From Parcubacteria group bacterium Gr01-1014_31 (GTDB lineage: Bacteria; Patescibacteriota; Patescibacteriia; Buchananbacterales; GWA2-38-13): a stretch of 64,000 bases of DNA. This document shows positions 8,466 through 18,260 of the stretch, in pieces. The translations under genes were made by a program, and so were the position numbers. The number at the start of each line of letters is the position of its first letter. Position 1 is the first letter of the stretch. The stretch covers positions 75,660 through 139,659 of the forward strand of contig VMFR01000003.1 in NCBI GenBank assembly GCA_007376135.1, read 5' to 3'. The notes beneath the pieces are model-generated. The model saw only the letters and a program-made list of their open reading frames with translations, did no database searches and was not told the DNA's origin.

Positions 8466-10193
8466 ATGGAGCAAACCTCTAAAACCTACGAATTGAAGAT
8501 CCATGGCATGCACTGCGCCAGCTGCGAGATCCTGGTGGAGCGGCGTTTCCAGAAAGTTTCCGGCGTGCAGCGCGTGCGGGCCAACTACGCCAGCGGCAAA
8601 GCGGTGGTGACCGCCGAGCAGGAACCCGACTTGGCCGCGCTGGAGAAAACGATCGCCGCGGAAGGCTACCGGGTGAGCCGCTGGGAAACAGCGGCACCGG
8701 CCGTCAACCCCGGCCGCGAGTGGCGGGAATTGGGCGGCGTCTTTCTCGTCGTGGTCGCGCTGTACCTGGTGCTGCGCCGCTTCGAATTCATCCCCGCGAG
8801 CATCGGCATCAGCGAGGGCATGAGCTACGGCGTCGTGTTCCTCATCGGGCTGGTCGCCGCCGTGTCATCCTGCATTGCCGTCACCGGCGGGCTGCTGTTG
8901 GCGGTGGCGGCCAAGTACAATGAGCAGCATCCGCACCTGAGCGGCGCACAGCGTTTCCGGCCGCACCTCTTCTTTAACGCCGGCCGCGTCGTGTCGTACA
9001 CACTGCTGGGCGGTGTGGTCGGGGCGCTCGGGTCTATGCTGACGTTCACGCCAGCAATGACCGGCTACCTGACCCTGGGTGTGAGCGTCGTGATGATCGC
9101 GCTCGGCCTGCAGCTGCTTAAGGTTTTCCCCTGGGCCGCGCGCTTGCAGGTCAAACCGCCGAAGTTTCTTGCGCATCGCATCCACGCCCTCTCCGACTCC
9201 GGGCATCCGGCCGGTCCGGCGCTGCTGGGCGCGGGCACGTTCTTTCTGCCGTGTGGATTCACCCAAGCGTTGCAGCTGTACGTGCTGTCGCAGGGCGACT
9301 GGCAGCGGGGCGCGCTGACGATGTTCATATTTTCGCTCGGCACGTTGCCCGCGCTCCTGTCGCTGGGCATCGTCTCCAGCTTCGCCCGCGGCGGTTTCCA
9401 GCGCTACTTCCTGAAATTCTCGGGCGCGGTGGTGCTGCTGTTGGGGTTGTGGAACATCAATAACGGCCTGACGCTGGCCGGCTTCAACGTCCAGATCCCG
9501 GGGTTCTCGGGCGTAGAAAAGGCCGTGGCAACTGTTCGTGAGGAGTGGACCGACCCGAACGTTACCTTCAACGGCAAAGAGCAGGTGGTGAAAATGGATG
9601 TCGTTTCGGCCGGCTACCGGCCCGCGCGATTCACCATCCGTCAGAACGTCCCGGTGCGCTGGGAGATCAATGGCATCAACACCTACGGCTGCCAGAGCGT
9701 CATCCTGATGCCAAAGCTGAACATCACGAAGTACGTGCAGCAGGGACCCAACGTGCTGGAGTTCACCCCCACTGCGGCGGGCGAGCTGCCATTTCATTGT
9801 TCGATGGGCATGTACCGCGGCAGTTTTACCGTGGTGCCGAATGCTGCCGCCCCTTCGGACGCGCCGCGGCCCGCTCCGTCCCAACCGGCGGCCTGCGACC
9901 CAACCATCTCAAACTGCCTGGAAGCGCAGCGTCTGCAGATGGAAATTTCCCGCGAGCGCGGGTTTTACCCCAACGACTTTACCGTGCGCAAGGGAGTGCC
10001 CGTCGAACTGGAGATCGACACCAAAGTTCCGATGGGCGGCTGTATGAGCGTGATGGTCATTCCGCGCTATAAGGTAGCCCACCGGCTGACGCTGGGAAAA
10101 TCCGTGGTACGATTTACTCCGACGGAAAGCGGCGTGATACCCTTTACGTGTAGTATGGGGTCCAAAATGGGCCAGTTCACGGTGCTCAATTGA
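8466..10193 (+). CDS. HMA + DsbD_2-like membrane domain + two cupredoxin-like domains
   Basis: GMHCASC, SSCIAVTGG, FNAGRVVSY, FLPCGFTQ, two C-terminal F.CSMG motifs. Confidence 0.88.
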   Translation: MEQTSKTYELKIHGMHCASCEILVERRFQKVSGVQRVRANYASGKAVVTAEQEPDLAALEKTIAAEGYRVSRWETAAPAVNPGREWRELGGVFLVVVALYLVLRRFEFIPASIGISEGMSYGVVFLIGLVAAVSSCIAVTGGLLLAVAAKYNEQHPHLSGAQRFRPHLFFNAGRVVSYTLLGGVVGALGSMLTFTPAMTGYLTLGVSVVMIALGLQLLKVFPWAARLQVKPPKFLAHRIHALSDSGHPAGPALLGAGTFFLPCGFTQALQLYVLSQGDWQRGALTMFIFSLGTLPALLSLGIVSSFARGGFQRYFLKFSGAVVLLLGLWNINNGLTLAGFNVQIPGFSGVEKAVATVREEWTDPNVTFNGKEQVVKMDVVSAGYRPARFTIRQNVPVRWEINGINTYGCQSVILMPKLNITKYVQQGPNVLEFTPTAAGELPFHCSMGMYRGSFTVVPNAAAPSDAPRPAPSQPAACDPTISNCLEAQRLQMEISRERGFYPNDFTVRKGVPVELEIDTKVPMGGCMSVMVIPRYKVAHRLTLGKSVVRFTPTESGVIPFTCSMGSKMGQFTVLN

Positions 10194-10200
10194 TAATGTT

Positions 10201-10437
10201 ATGGCAACAACTGCCTTGATGATTTCGGGCACGCATTGTGAGTCTTGCAAAGCGCTGTTGGAGGAAGTGTGCCGCGAGGTGCCGAACGTCCGTTCGTGCG
10301 CGGTGGATTACCGTACTGGCCGCACCGTGGTGGAACACGACGGCGACGTTGATTGGGCGGCGTTCGAGCGGGCGGTCAGCGAGCTGGGCTCGCTGTACCG
10401 GGTGGAACTGCCGCCAGCAGCCTCGGGCGTTAAGTAA
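10201..10437 (+). CDS. CopZ-like heavy-metal chaperone
   Basis: [12 protein letters not shown] motif, 78 aa. Confidence 0.85.
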   Translation: MATTALMISGTHCESCKALLEEVCREVPNVRSCAVDYRTGRTVVEHDGDVDWAAFERAVSELGSLYRVELPPAASGVK

Positions 10438-10446
10438 TCTCTTGGT

Positions 10447-10527
10447 ATGAAGCAAACCACACTGAACATCGTCGGCATGCACCCCGCCATGCGGCGGGGC
10501 AGGCTGCGCGTATCTTTCTGCCTATGA
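10447..10527 (+). pseudogene. Truncated HMA N-terminus remnant interrupted by a small palindrome
   Basis: [12 protein letters not shown] mirrors the CopA start [12 protein letters not shown], then CCCGCC-ATGC-GGCGGG breaks it before the Cys. Confidence 0.5.
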
Positions 10528-12710
10528 AGTCAACTACGTTAACGATCGTCGGCATGCATTGTGCCTCCTGTGTGCTGCGCAACGAACGGGCGTTGAAAAA
10601 ATTGCCCGGCGTTACCAGCGCCGTGGTCAACTTTGCCACGCATACCGCGACGGTGGATTACGATGAGACGAAGATCGGCGAACACCACATGGTGAAAGCT
10701 ATCACCGACAATGGCTACAAGGTCATGACGCACGAGATGGCCGAGCACCATCACGCCTCGGAGCAGGAGGAAGTCGCCCGCGTACGGACCCGTGCATTCT
10801 TTGCGCTCGCCTTGGCCGTGCCGACCGTGGTGCTGGCGATGGGCGATATCATGCTGCCGTGGGAAATCATTGGCATCAACGCCAGCATCTGGCTGCAGGC
10901 GGCGCTGAGCGCGGCAGTCATCCTCGGGTTCGGCGCGGAGTTCCACCTTGGCATGCTCAAGCAGGCGCGCCATGGTACGGCGGATATGGATACGCTCATT
11001 TCCATCGGTACGCTGGCGGCCCTGGGGTTCAGCCTGTGGGCGATGGCCGTCGGCGAGCCCCATCGTTACTTCGAGACCGGTGCGGCTATCGCCGCGCTCA
11101 TCCTGCTGGGCCGCTATTTTGAGGCCAAAAGCCGCGGCCGGGCGTCCGCCGCGATAGAAAAATTGATGCAGCTGGGGGCAAAAACGGCACGCCTGGTCAG
11201 CGGCGGTAAAGAGAAAGAAATTCCCATTGAAGAGGTGGCGGTCGGCAACGTCCTGTTGGTCAAGCCCGGAGAGAAGATGCCGGTGGACGGCGCGGTCGTC
11301 GCGGGTGAATCCAGTGTGGACGAATCCATGCTGACCGGGGAGAGCATGCCGGTCAGCAAACGCGTCGGCGATACCGTCTTTGGCGCCACCATCAACATCA
11401 ACGGCGCCATCCAGCTCAAGGCGACGAAGGTCGGGAAGGACACGGTGTTGTCCCAGATCGTCAAGATGGTCGCCGATGCCCAGGCCAAGAAAGCCCCCAT
11501 CCAGAAACTGGTGGACCGAATCTCAGGCGTGTTCGTGCCGGTCGTGCTGGTGATCGCGCTCCTGACGGCCGCCATCTGGCTGTTGGTGACCGGCGATATT
11601 GCCGCCAGCGTCATTCCTGCCGTCGCGGTGTTGGTCATCGCCTGCCCGTGCGCGCTGGGGCTGGCGACGCCGACCGCCATCCTCGTGGGTACCGGTGTGG
11701 GCGCGAATCGCGGCATCCTAATTAAGAACGGCGAAGCGCTGGAGAAAGGCAAACATATCGATGTGGTCATCTTTGATAAGACCGGCACGCTGACGGAAGG
11801 CAAGCCGCGGGTCACCGATATCGCGCCGCTCGGCGACGGGGTCAGCGCCGATGAGCTGCTTGCCGGTGCGGCGGCGGTGGAACGATTGTCCGAACACCCG
11901 CTGGCAGCGGCGGTCGCTGCCGCCGCGGAGGAGCGCGGGCTGCCGCGGGAGGAAGCGCGTGAATTCACCGCGGTGCCCGGCAAAGGCGTGCGCGCGACCG
12001 TCGGGAGCGAGGTATGGCTGGTCGGCAACGCGCGTTTCCTGGAAGCATCGGGTATTGCCACCGCATCCGCTCGCGATGCCATCGCTGCGCTTGAAGCGCA
12101 GGCAAAAACGGTCGTTGCGGTCGCCCGCGGTTCGCGGCTGATGGGGGCCATCGCCATTGCCGACACCTTGAAACCCGACGCGCCCGAAGCGGTGAAGCGG
12201 CTGGCCGCCCGCGGCATCACTTCCATTATGTTGACCGGCGACAACCGCCGCACGGCGGAGGCCATCGGCAAGCAGGTCGGGATCTCCGCGCTGCTGGCGG
12301 AAGTTTTGCCGCAGGACAAGGCCGCTAAGGTGTCGCTGCTCCAGCAGGAGGGCAAGGCCGTAGCGTTCGTCGGCGACGGCATCAACGACGCGCCCGCTCT
12401 GGCGCAGGCCAACCTCGGCGTCGCGATCGGGACCGGCACCGATATTGCCATTGAAGCCGGCGACATCGTGCTGATCAAAGGCAGCCCGCTCAAGGTAGTG
12501 GAGGCGATCGCGCTGTCGCAGCTGACCTTCCGCACCATCGTCCAGAACCTGTTCTGGGCGTTCGGCTACAACGTCGCGGCGATTCCCTTGGCGGCGCTGG
12601 GCTGGCTCAACCCGATGATCGCGGCCGGCGCGATGGCGCTTTCCAGCATCAGCGTAGTCGGGAATAGCTTGCGCATCCGTCACCGTACGGCCGGCTGGGG
12701 GGAGAAGTAG
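10524..12710 (+). CDS. copA: Copper-translocating P1B-type ATPase
   Basis: [44 protein letters not shown]. Confidence 0.95.
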   Translation: MKSTTLTIVGMHCASCVLRNERALKKLPGVTSAVVNFATHTATVDYDETKIGEHHMVKAITDNGYKVMTHEMAEHHHASEQEEVARVRTRAFFALALAVPTVVLAMGDIMLPWEIIGINASIWLQAALSAAVILGFGAEFHLGMLKQARHGTADMDTLISIGTLAALGFSLWAMAVGEPHRYFETGAAIAALILLGRYFEAKSRGRASAAIEKLMQLGAKTARLVSGGKEKEIPIEEVAVGNVLLVKPGEKMPVDGAVVAGESSVDESMLTGESMPVSKRVGDTVFGATININGAIQLKATKVGKDTVLSQIVKMVADAQAKKAPIQKLVDRISGVFVPVVLVIALLTAAIWLLVTGDIAASVIPAVAVLVIACPCALGLATPTAILVGTGVGANRGILIKNGEALEKGKHIDVVIFDKTGTLTEGKPRVTDIAPLGDGVSADELLAGAAAVERLSEHPLAAAVAAAAEERGLPREEAREFTAVPGKGVRATVGSEVWLVGNARFLEASGIATASARDAIAALEAQAKTVVAVARGSRLMGAIAIADTLKPDAPEAVKRLAARGITSIMLTGDNRRTAEAIGKQVGISALLAEVLPQDKAAKVSLLQQEGKAVAFVGDGINDAPALAQANLGVAIGTGTDIAIEAGDIVLIKGSPLKVVEAIALSQLTFRTIVQNLFWAFGYNVAAIPLAALGWLNPMIAAGAMALSSISVVGNSLRIRHRTAGWGEK

Positions 12711-12877
12711 CATCGGTACATAAGATCGGGGCGCACGTTGCGCCCCGATCTTTTTATCTGCGGGAACCGTTACGGCTGTTCCTTGACATTTTTTTAAAAA
12801 CAGTGTTACGTTGGCCGTAGTTCGTCCAGTCGTTTCTCCCAGACCTTTGACAACGGAAAGGAGGTGCACTTCGCACG

Positions 12878-12955
12878 ATGTTCGTGCGTTTGGTCCCGTC
12901 GTTGTTCGGTGTTTTGTTTGTCGTACGGTGTCTGTTACCCGTTGCCGGCTCTTGA
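12878..12955 (+). CDS. Possible 25-aa hydrophobic upstream peptide
   Basis: AAAGGAGGTG then ATG; MFVRLVPSLFGVLFVVRCLLPVAGS. Confidence 0.3.
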   Translation: MFVRLVPSLFGVLFVVRCLLPVAGS

Positions 12956-12979
12956 TGAGCCACAACAGAAGGAGATGTC

Positions 12980-13231
12980 ATGGGAACGACGAAAGATTGT
13001 CCCGATTGCGGTGACACCGGCAAGTGTCAGCGTTGCGACGGTACGGGCGACCTCTCAGATGTCATCACCGATATAGTGGAAGGCATCTTGACGATGGGAA
13101 ACGAGATGGGGCATGAGTGTCCTGATTGCGACGGCAAGGGCGAATGCCCAACCTGCGATGGCTCGGGCGAGGTAGAAGACGACGATGATGAGGAAGATGA
13201 TGACGGCGAAAACGGCGACGAAGAAGTCTAA
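12980..13231 (+). CDS. Small DnaJ-type CxxCxGxG zinc-finger protein with acidic tail
   Basis: CPDCGDTG, CQRCDGTG, CPDCDGKG, CPTCDGSG; SD AGAAGGAG. Confidence 0.8.
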   Translation: MGTTKDCPDCGDTGKCQRCDGTGDLSDVITDIVEGILTMGNEMGHECPDCDGKGECPTCDGSGEVEDDDDEEDDDGENGDEEV

Positions 13232-13270
13232 AATAGTTAGTACCTTATACATAAGGGCTTAAAAGCCCGT

Positions 13271-13407
13271 TGACAGAAGAATTTTACGCCGCAAGGCGTG
13301 GAATGAACCGGATATAGCCTGCGGCCAGCGCTTATGCGCAGGTCATTCGAATAACTGCGAAATCAACCCGCACCCTCGTTGGTGTGGATCAATAAAATTG
13401 TTTGTCA
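13271..13407. ncRNA. Candidate multi-stem structured RNA between convergent genes
   Basis: Ends pair (TGACAGAAGAATTTTA / TAAAATTGTTTGTCA) around three internal hairpins, one with a GCAA tetraloop. Confidence 0.4.
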
Positions 13408-13425
13408 TTGCGAACTCGAGTTCGG

Positions 13426-13464
13426 GCCCGCTGTTCAGATGTGAACGGCGGGCTTTCCTTTTTT
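13426..13464 (+). terminator. Intrinsic terminator
   Basis: GCCCGCTGTTCA-GATG-TGAACGGCGGGC followed by T-rich tract. Confidence 0.75.
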
Positions 13465-13472
13465 GGAGTGCC

Positions 13473-14771
13473 CTACGGCTGTTCCTTGATGTCGGCGCCC
13501 AGTTTCCGTAACCGCGCGGAGAGGTGCTCGTAGCCGCGGTCGATGGAGTAGGTACCCCGCAACACGGACGCCCCCTTGGCGGCCAGCATCCCGATGACCA
13601 GAATGGTGGCGGGACGCAGTGCCGGCGGGCACATGATCTCGGCGCCCTTGAGCGGCGTTGGCCCGGTGATGAACACGCGATGCGGGTCGGCCAGGTGAAT
13701 GGTCGCGCCGAGCTTGGCGAACTCCATATAGTAGATGGCGCGGTTCTCGAAGACCCAGTCATGGATGAGGGTGGTGCCGTGCGCCTGCGAGGCGATGGGC
13801 ACGAAGAACGGCAGGTTATCGATGCCCAGCCCCGGGAACGGCCGGCCGTAGATCTTGTCATCCAGCGCGGTCAGTTTGCCCGGCTTGGTGCGCAGGTCCA
13901 CCAGGGTGAAATTCCCCGAAGCCGAGCGGTAACGCCGCAGCACGCGGCAGGAAAACCCCATCTTTTCCAGCTTCAGCAGCTCCAGTTTCAGGAAATCCTC
14001 CGGACAGCCGATGATGGTGAGCGGCGATTTGGTGGTCGCCGACAGCGACAGCCAAAAGATCGCTTCGGTCGGGTCCGGGATGAGATGGTAGCGCGTCCCG
14101 TACAGCTTGCTTACGCCGGTGACCACCAAGGTCGTGGTGCCGATACCATCGATCTTGGCGCCCATCGCGGTCAGCAGGTGGCAGAGATCCTGGACCTGGT
14201 AGTTGGCCGATGCGAGCGTGATGGTCGTCACGCCGCGGGCCAATACCGCCGCAAACAACGCGTTCTCGGTCGGGGTATCGCCCGATTCGTACATTGTGAT
14301 GTCGGCGCCCCGCACGACTGCTCCCCGCTGGACCTGGTAAGCGAAGTGGGTGGTTTTGATGCGTACGCCGAATTTTTCCAGGGCGTAGAAGTGCGGCAAC
14401 ACGGTACGGCGTCCCAGCTGGCAGCCGCCGGAGCGGGGGATGCCAAAGTGGCCGGTGCGGTGCAAGAGCGATCCCAGCAGGAGCAGCACCGAACGGGTGC
14501 GGACCGCCGCCACGGCGTCGATGCGGGTCAGCTGTAGCCGGGCAGGAGCGATCAGTTCCAGGTCGCGGCCGCGCCAGCGCACCTTCACGCCGATGGACGA
14601 CAGGACTTTGGCCATGCTGTCCACTTCAGCGATGCGGGGCGCCATCTTGATGACCAACGGATCGGTCGTCAGCAGGGCGGCGCACATTGCCGACACCGCC
14701 GAGTTCTTGGCCGCGCGCACGTCCGCCGTGCCCGACAGCCGTTTGCCGCCGTTGATGAAGTAGGTTGCCAT
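13473..14771 (-). CDS. murA: UDP-N-acetylglucosamine 1-carboxyvinyltransferase
   Basis: AAKNSA, GGCQLGRR, TEN, IPDPTEA, PFPG, FENR, IDRGYE. Confidence 0.93.
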   Translation of the reverse strand: MATYFINGGKRLSGTADVRAAKNSAVSAMCAALLTTDPLVIKMAPRIAEVDSMAKVLSSIGVKVRWRGRDLELIAPARLQLTRIDAVAAVRTRSVLLLLGSLLHRTGHFGIPRSGGCQLGRRTVLPHFYALEKFGVRIKTTHFAYQVQRGAVVRGADITMYESGDTPTENALFAAVLARGVTTITLASANYQVQDLCHLLTAMGAKIDGIGTTTLVVTGVSKLYGTRYHLIPDPTEAIFWLSLSATTKSPLTIIGCPEDFLKLELLKLEKMGFSCRVLRRYRSASGNFTLVDLRTKPGKLTALDDKIYGRPFPGLGIDNLPFFVPIASQAHGTTLIHDWVFENRAIYYMEFAKLGATIHLADPHRVFITGPTPLKGAEIMCPPALRPATILVIGMLAAKGASVLRGTYSIDRGYEHLSARLRKLGADIKEQP

Positions 14772-14775
14772 GTCG

Positions 14776-14858
14776 TAGGGAGGTAGCTGGTAGTAGGTAG
14801 TCTGTAGAATTAGTGCTCCGCCTTCTATTCTACAAGCTACTCCCTACAAGCTACAAGC
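14776..14858. repeat. Inverted array of short (about 7-nt) GTAG/CTAC units
   Basis: GGTAGCTGGTAGTAGGTAGTCTGTAGAAT ... ATTCTACAAGCTACTCCCTACAAGCTACAAGCT. Confidence 0.65.
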
Positions 14859-16190
14859 TTATTTCAGGTAGCTGAACGGGTTTCGGCGGTAGCCGCCGGC
14901 TCGGACCTCGAAGTGCACATGCGGTCCGGTGCTGCGGCCGGTCGACCCGACCGCGGCAATGGCCTGGCCGCGGGTCACCTCATCGCCGACCTGCACGTAG
15001 AGTTTGCTGTTATGGCCGTAGAGTGTCTGCGAACCGTCGGCGTGCTGGATGACGACCATGATGCCGTAGCCGCCGTTCCAGCCGCCCTGCGCCTTGATGA
15101 TGCGGCCGTCATCGGCGGCGTACACCGCCGTGCCGGTGGGGCAGGCGATGTCCACGCCCGTATGCCGCCACCCGAAGTACTGGGTGATGCGGCGGCAGGT
15201 TGCCGGCCAACCGAGCTTCCCGCTGCCGGTGATGGTCGGGGTGCTCGCGGCCGGCCGCCGCAGCGCATAGGTGGGCGTGGGCCGAGGCTTGGCGCCGCCC
15301 GGCACCAGCAGCAATTCTCCCACCTGGAGATCATTGGCCGAGGCCAGTTTGTTGGCGCTGATGATGGCATCGGCATCCACGCCGTAGCGCGTGGCGATCT
15401 TGCCCACGGTTTCCCCTCGCGCGACCTTGTGCCGGACGCCCGAAATGGGGAGGATGGTCAGTTTTTGGCCGGGACGGATGATCGAGTAGGCCGTCAGACT
15501 GTTCTCCCACAGGATGGTATTGATGCTGATGCTAAACCGCGCCGATACGCCCGAGATGGTGTCGCCCTCCTGCACGGTGTAGACCATGATGTCGTTGCGC
15601 GGCGCGCCCGGGGCCAGATCCTCGGCCGCGGTGCCATCCGTGGGCAAACGCAGCGGTTTGATCACCGCGCTCCCGCCCATCGTGGTCGGCGGAGAAAGCT
15701 CCTGGTCGGCGGCGGCGGCATCCAGCCGGGTTCCCGGGGCAACGGCCGATTGGCTCAGGTAGCGCCGGACCACGGGCGTCGCCGGCGGATGTACCTCCTC
15801 CAGGTCGTCGTAGGTCGTGTCGCGGCTCAAGCCGGTGAAGACGTTGGCGTAGGTGAGTTCGTCGCGCTTCACTTCGTAGGCGTTGAGGTTGGCGGTCACC
15901 ACCGTCAGCGCGATGCCGATGAAGGTGACGTGAAATACGTAGCGCCGCGTGAACAGGTGCAAGATGCGGCTGCGCTGTTCCAGCGGCGCATAGAATTTCA
16001 GCAGTCCGCGCTTCAGCGCCAGCAGCACCCCGAAGAGCGGGAGCAGCAGGGTGAAGAACGCACGGCCGATGGCGCGCACCGTCGCGCCCGTGAAGCGGGC
16101 AAGCGGCAAAAACAGCTTCAAGACGCCGACGGCCACCCGCATTGTGGTGGCCAGCAATTTCACCAGGATTTTTTTCAGGAGGCTTCTCAT
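14859..16190 (-). CDS. LysM-domain M23 family peptidase
   Basis: Two LysM repeats (YTVQEGDTI, HKVARGETV), HTGVD and STGPHVHFE; start uncertain. Confidence 0.9.
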   Translation of the reverse strand: MRSLLKKILVKLLATTMRVAVGVLKLFLPLARFTGATVRAIGRAFFTLLLPLFGVLLALKRGLLKFYAPLEQRSRILHLFTRRYVFHVTFIGIALTVVTANLNAYEVKRDELTYANVFTGLSRDTTYDDLEEVHPPATPVVRRYLSQSAVAPGTRLDAAAADQELSPPTTMGGSAVIKPLRLPTDGTAAEDLAPGAPRNDIMVYTVQEGDTISGVSARFSISINTILWENSLTAYSIIRPGQKLTILPISGVRHKVARGETVGKIATRYGVDADAIISANKLASANDLQVGELLLVPGGAKPRPTPTYALRRPAASTPTITGSGKLGWPATCRRITQYFGWRHTGVDIACPTGTAVYAADDGRIIKAQGGWNGGYGIMVVIQHADGSQTLYGHNSKLYVQVGDEVTRGQAIAAVGSTGRSTGPHVHFEVRAGGYRRNPFSYLK

Positions 16191-16332
16191 CACTTCATCA
16201 TTGAGGCTAGCAGAGAGGAGGGGCTTGGTCAACGCAACGAGGAAGTCATTTTTTGGCTCTGTCAATAGGTTTTTCAGGTTTTTGGATGATTTATACTCTT
16301 GATTGAGCCAAAAAGGTTGTTGATATTTACTA

Positions 16333-16361
16333 TTGACAAAAGTTAATATACTTGGTATAAT
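16333..16361 (+). promoter_or_regulatory. Consensus sigma70 promoter
   Basis: TTGACA-N17-TATAAT. Confidence 0.85.
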
Positions 16362-16455
16362 ACTTTTTATACTGAACCTTGCCATTAAGTACCGTTACCA
16401 GATCGTGGTGGTCTGGTGGTATGTCGTTTGTGTCCTTTTTTGAGGAGAGTGTCCA

Positions 16456-16668
16456 ATGAGGCACCAACAGTCATGCGCCGTCATGGAGCAGCCGGTCGTC
16501 GCGGAAGCCGTCGTCGTGAGCTTCCCCCAGTCCCCGCACGTGGGAACTCCGCGCGAGCCCGACCGCAGGGTCGAGTACCGCGCTGACGGGGTCCGTGGCT
16601 GCTACGTCGCGCGGTTGCCGCGCTACCGCAGTTCCGGCCACAGCCGGTTCCACGGTCGGCGGAACTAG
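16456..16668 (+). CDS. Small hypothetical protein
   Basis: 70 aa, GAGGAG SD, perfect promoter upstream, hairpin downstream. Confidence 0.6.
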   Translation: MRHQQSCAVMEQPVVAEAVVVSFPQSPHVGTPREPDRRVEYRADGVRGCYVARLPRYRSSGHSRFHGRRN

Positions 16669-16794
16669 TTCCGCCTTCGGCACCTCTCTCCCATCTCATT
16701 CCGACGGCCCCGGCACGCTCTGCGCGCCGGGGCTTTCATTTCGCTTTTTTGGCTTGGTTTCCGAGTAGCGCTGGGGTAGAATGTTCCCGTACCT

Positions 16795-17832
16795 ATGGAT
16801 CCGCTACTGCTCGGTATTTTCGTGCTCCTAGTGGCGTTGCTCGCCGCGGTCGGCTTTCTGGTCGTTCGGCTGCGTCGGCCCGTTGTTCCCGACCAGTCCA
16901 TGCTGATGCTGCAGCAGCAGCTGGCGGAACTGCGGCAATCGGTGGACGGCAGACTCACTGAATCCACGCGCGTCTTGCAGCAGCAGTTCGGTGAAAGCAC
17001 CCGCATTGTGCGCGACGTCACTGACCGGCTGGCCAAGCTGGATGAGACCAACCGCCAGGTGGTGTCGTTTGCCGACCAGCTTAACCGGCTGCAGGACATT
17101 TTGAAAAATCCCAAGCAGCGGGGGGTATTTGGCGAGTACTACCTGGAGCAGTTGCTGGCGAAGGCCTTCCAGCCCACCCAGTACCAGATGCAGTACAAAT
17201 TCAAGGACGGCCTCATCGTGGATGCCGCGCTGTTCTTCGGCGACAAGATAATTCCCATCGACTCCAAGTTCTCGCTGGAGAACTACAACCGCATCACCGA
17301 GGAGCGCGATACGATGGAACGCGAAAAATTGGAAAAACTTTTTAAACAGGACCTGAAGAACCGCATTGACGAAACGGCCAAGTACATTCGTCCGGCCGAG
17401 GGCACGATGGAGTTCGCCTTCATGTTCATCCCGGCCGAAGGGATATTCTACGACCTGCTGGTCAACAAGGTCGGCGCCATCAAGGTCAACACGCGCGACC
17501 TGCTGGACTACGCCGTGCACGAAAAGCGGGTCCACATCGTGTCGCCGACCACGTTCTACGTGACGCTGCAATCCCTGATGGTCGGCATGCGGGCGTTCGC
17601 CATCCAGGAATCCACCAAGCAGATCATCAAGAACGTCGGGGTGCTGGGCTCCCATCTGCGCGCCTACGAGGATTACTTTCGCAAGGTCGGCGGCCATCTG
17701 GGCACGACCGTGAACGCCTACAACGCCGCCGCCAAGGAACTCGGGAAGATCGATAAAGACGTCGTGAAGCTGGCCGGCGGGGAAGCCACAATCGACCCGT
17801 TGCTTATCGACCGGCCGCAGGAGCAGGAGTGA
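16795..17832 (+). CDS. rmuC: DNA recombination protein RmuC
   Basis: N-terminal TM, coiled coil, KQRGVFGE, IDSKF, AFMFIPAE, VSPTT. Confidence 0.93.
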   Translation: MDPLLLGIFVLLVALLAAVGFLVVRLRRPVVPDQSMLMLQQQLAELRQSVDGRLTESTRVLQQQFGESTRIVRDVTDRLAKLDETNRQVVSFADQLNRLQDILKNPKQRGVFGEYYLEQLLAKAFQPTQYQMQYKFKDGLIVDAALFFGDKIIPIDSKFSLENYNRITEERDTMEREKLEKLFKQDLKNRIDETAKYIRPAEGTMEFAFMFIPAEGIFYDLLVNKVGAIKVNTRDLLDYAVHEKRVHIVSPTTFYVTLQSLMVGMRAFAIQESTKQIIKNVGVLGSHLRAYEDYFRKVGGHLGTTVNAYNAAAKELGKIDKDVVKLAGGEATIDPLLIDRPQEQE

Positions 17833-18209
17833 GTATGCCGCGCCGCTACTTCGCCTTCCGCTACTTTTTCCCGACCTACCTGTATCTCGGGTTGGTGGTG
17901 CTGCTACTGGGCGTATGGCCGCGATTGGATTCGGTGTGGTTTGATGTGCCGTTCTGGTACTCGCTGGTGGAGGTCGCGTACGCCGTGGGTCTCATAATGT
18001 TTTTCGCCATCATGTTTGTGATACCCGTGCATCTGGTGTTTGGCTGGGTGGACCGGAGCGGGTTTCCCACGGAACCGGCTCCGGCGGTGGCCGTGGTTGC
18101 GCTCGGCGCACTGATCGTGCTGGCAAATTATGCCGCTGTGGCGTTCCTTGCGCGGCGCCGCGCCGCGCGGCGCATGCCGGGCTGGCCGGCCAAGTGGCCG
18201 ACGGTCTGA
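17829..18209 (+). CDS. Hypothetical membrane protein
   Basis: Three hydrophobic segments; start coupled to rmuC stop. Confidence 0.7.
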   Translation: MSMPRRYFAFRYFFPTYLYLGLVVLLLGVWPRLDSVWFDVPFWYSLVEVAYAVGLIMFFAIMFVIPVHLVFGWVDRSGFPTEPAPAVAVVALGALIVLANYAAVAFLARRRAARRMPGWPAKWPTV

Positions 18210-18260
18210 TAAGAACGTTCGGCGTCCTGCCACAGCAGAATGAATAGGTAGGGAACGGTG

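Noticed and set aside
13350-13395. tmRNA resume-like AATAACTGCGAAA followed by a short frame
   Set aside because: No tRNA-like ends nearby and the peptide would end DQ rather than an Ala-rich tag
16191-16385. Extended N-terminus of the M23 peptidase in the ORF track
   Set aside because: Runs through an AT-rich divergent promoter region; the shorter start is more plausible
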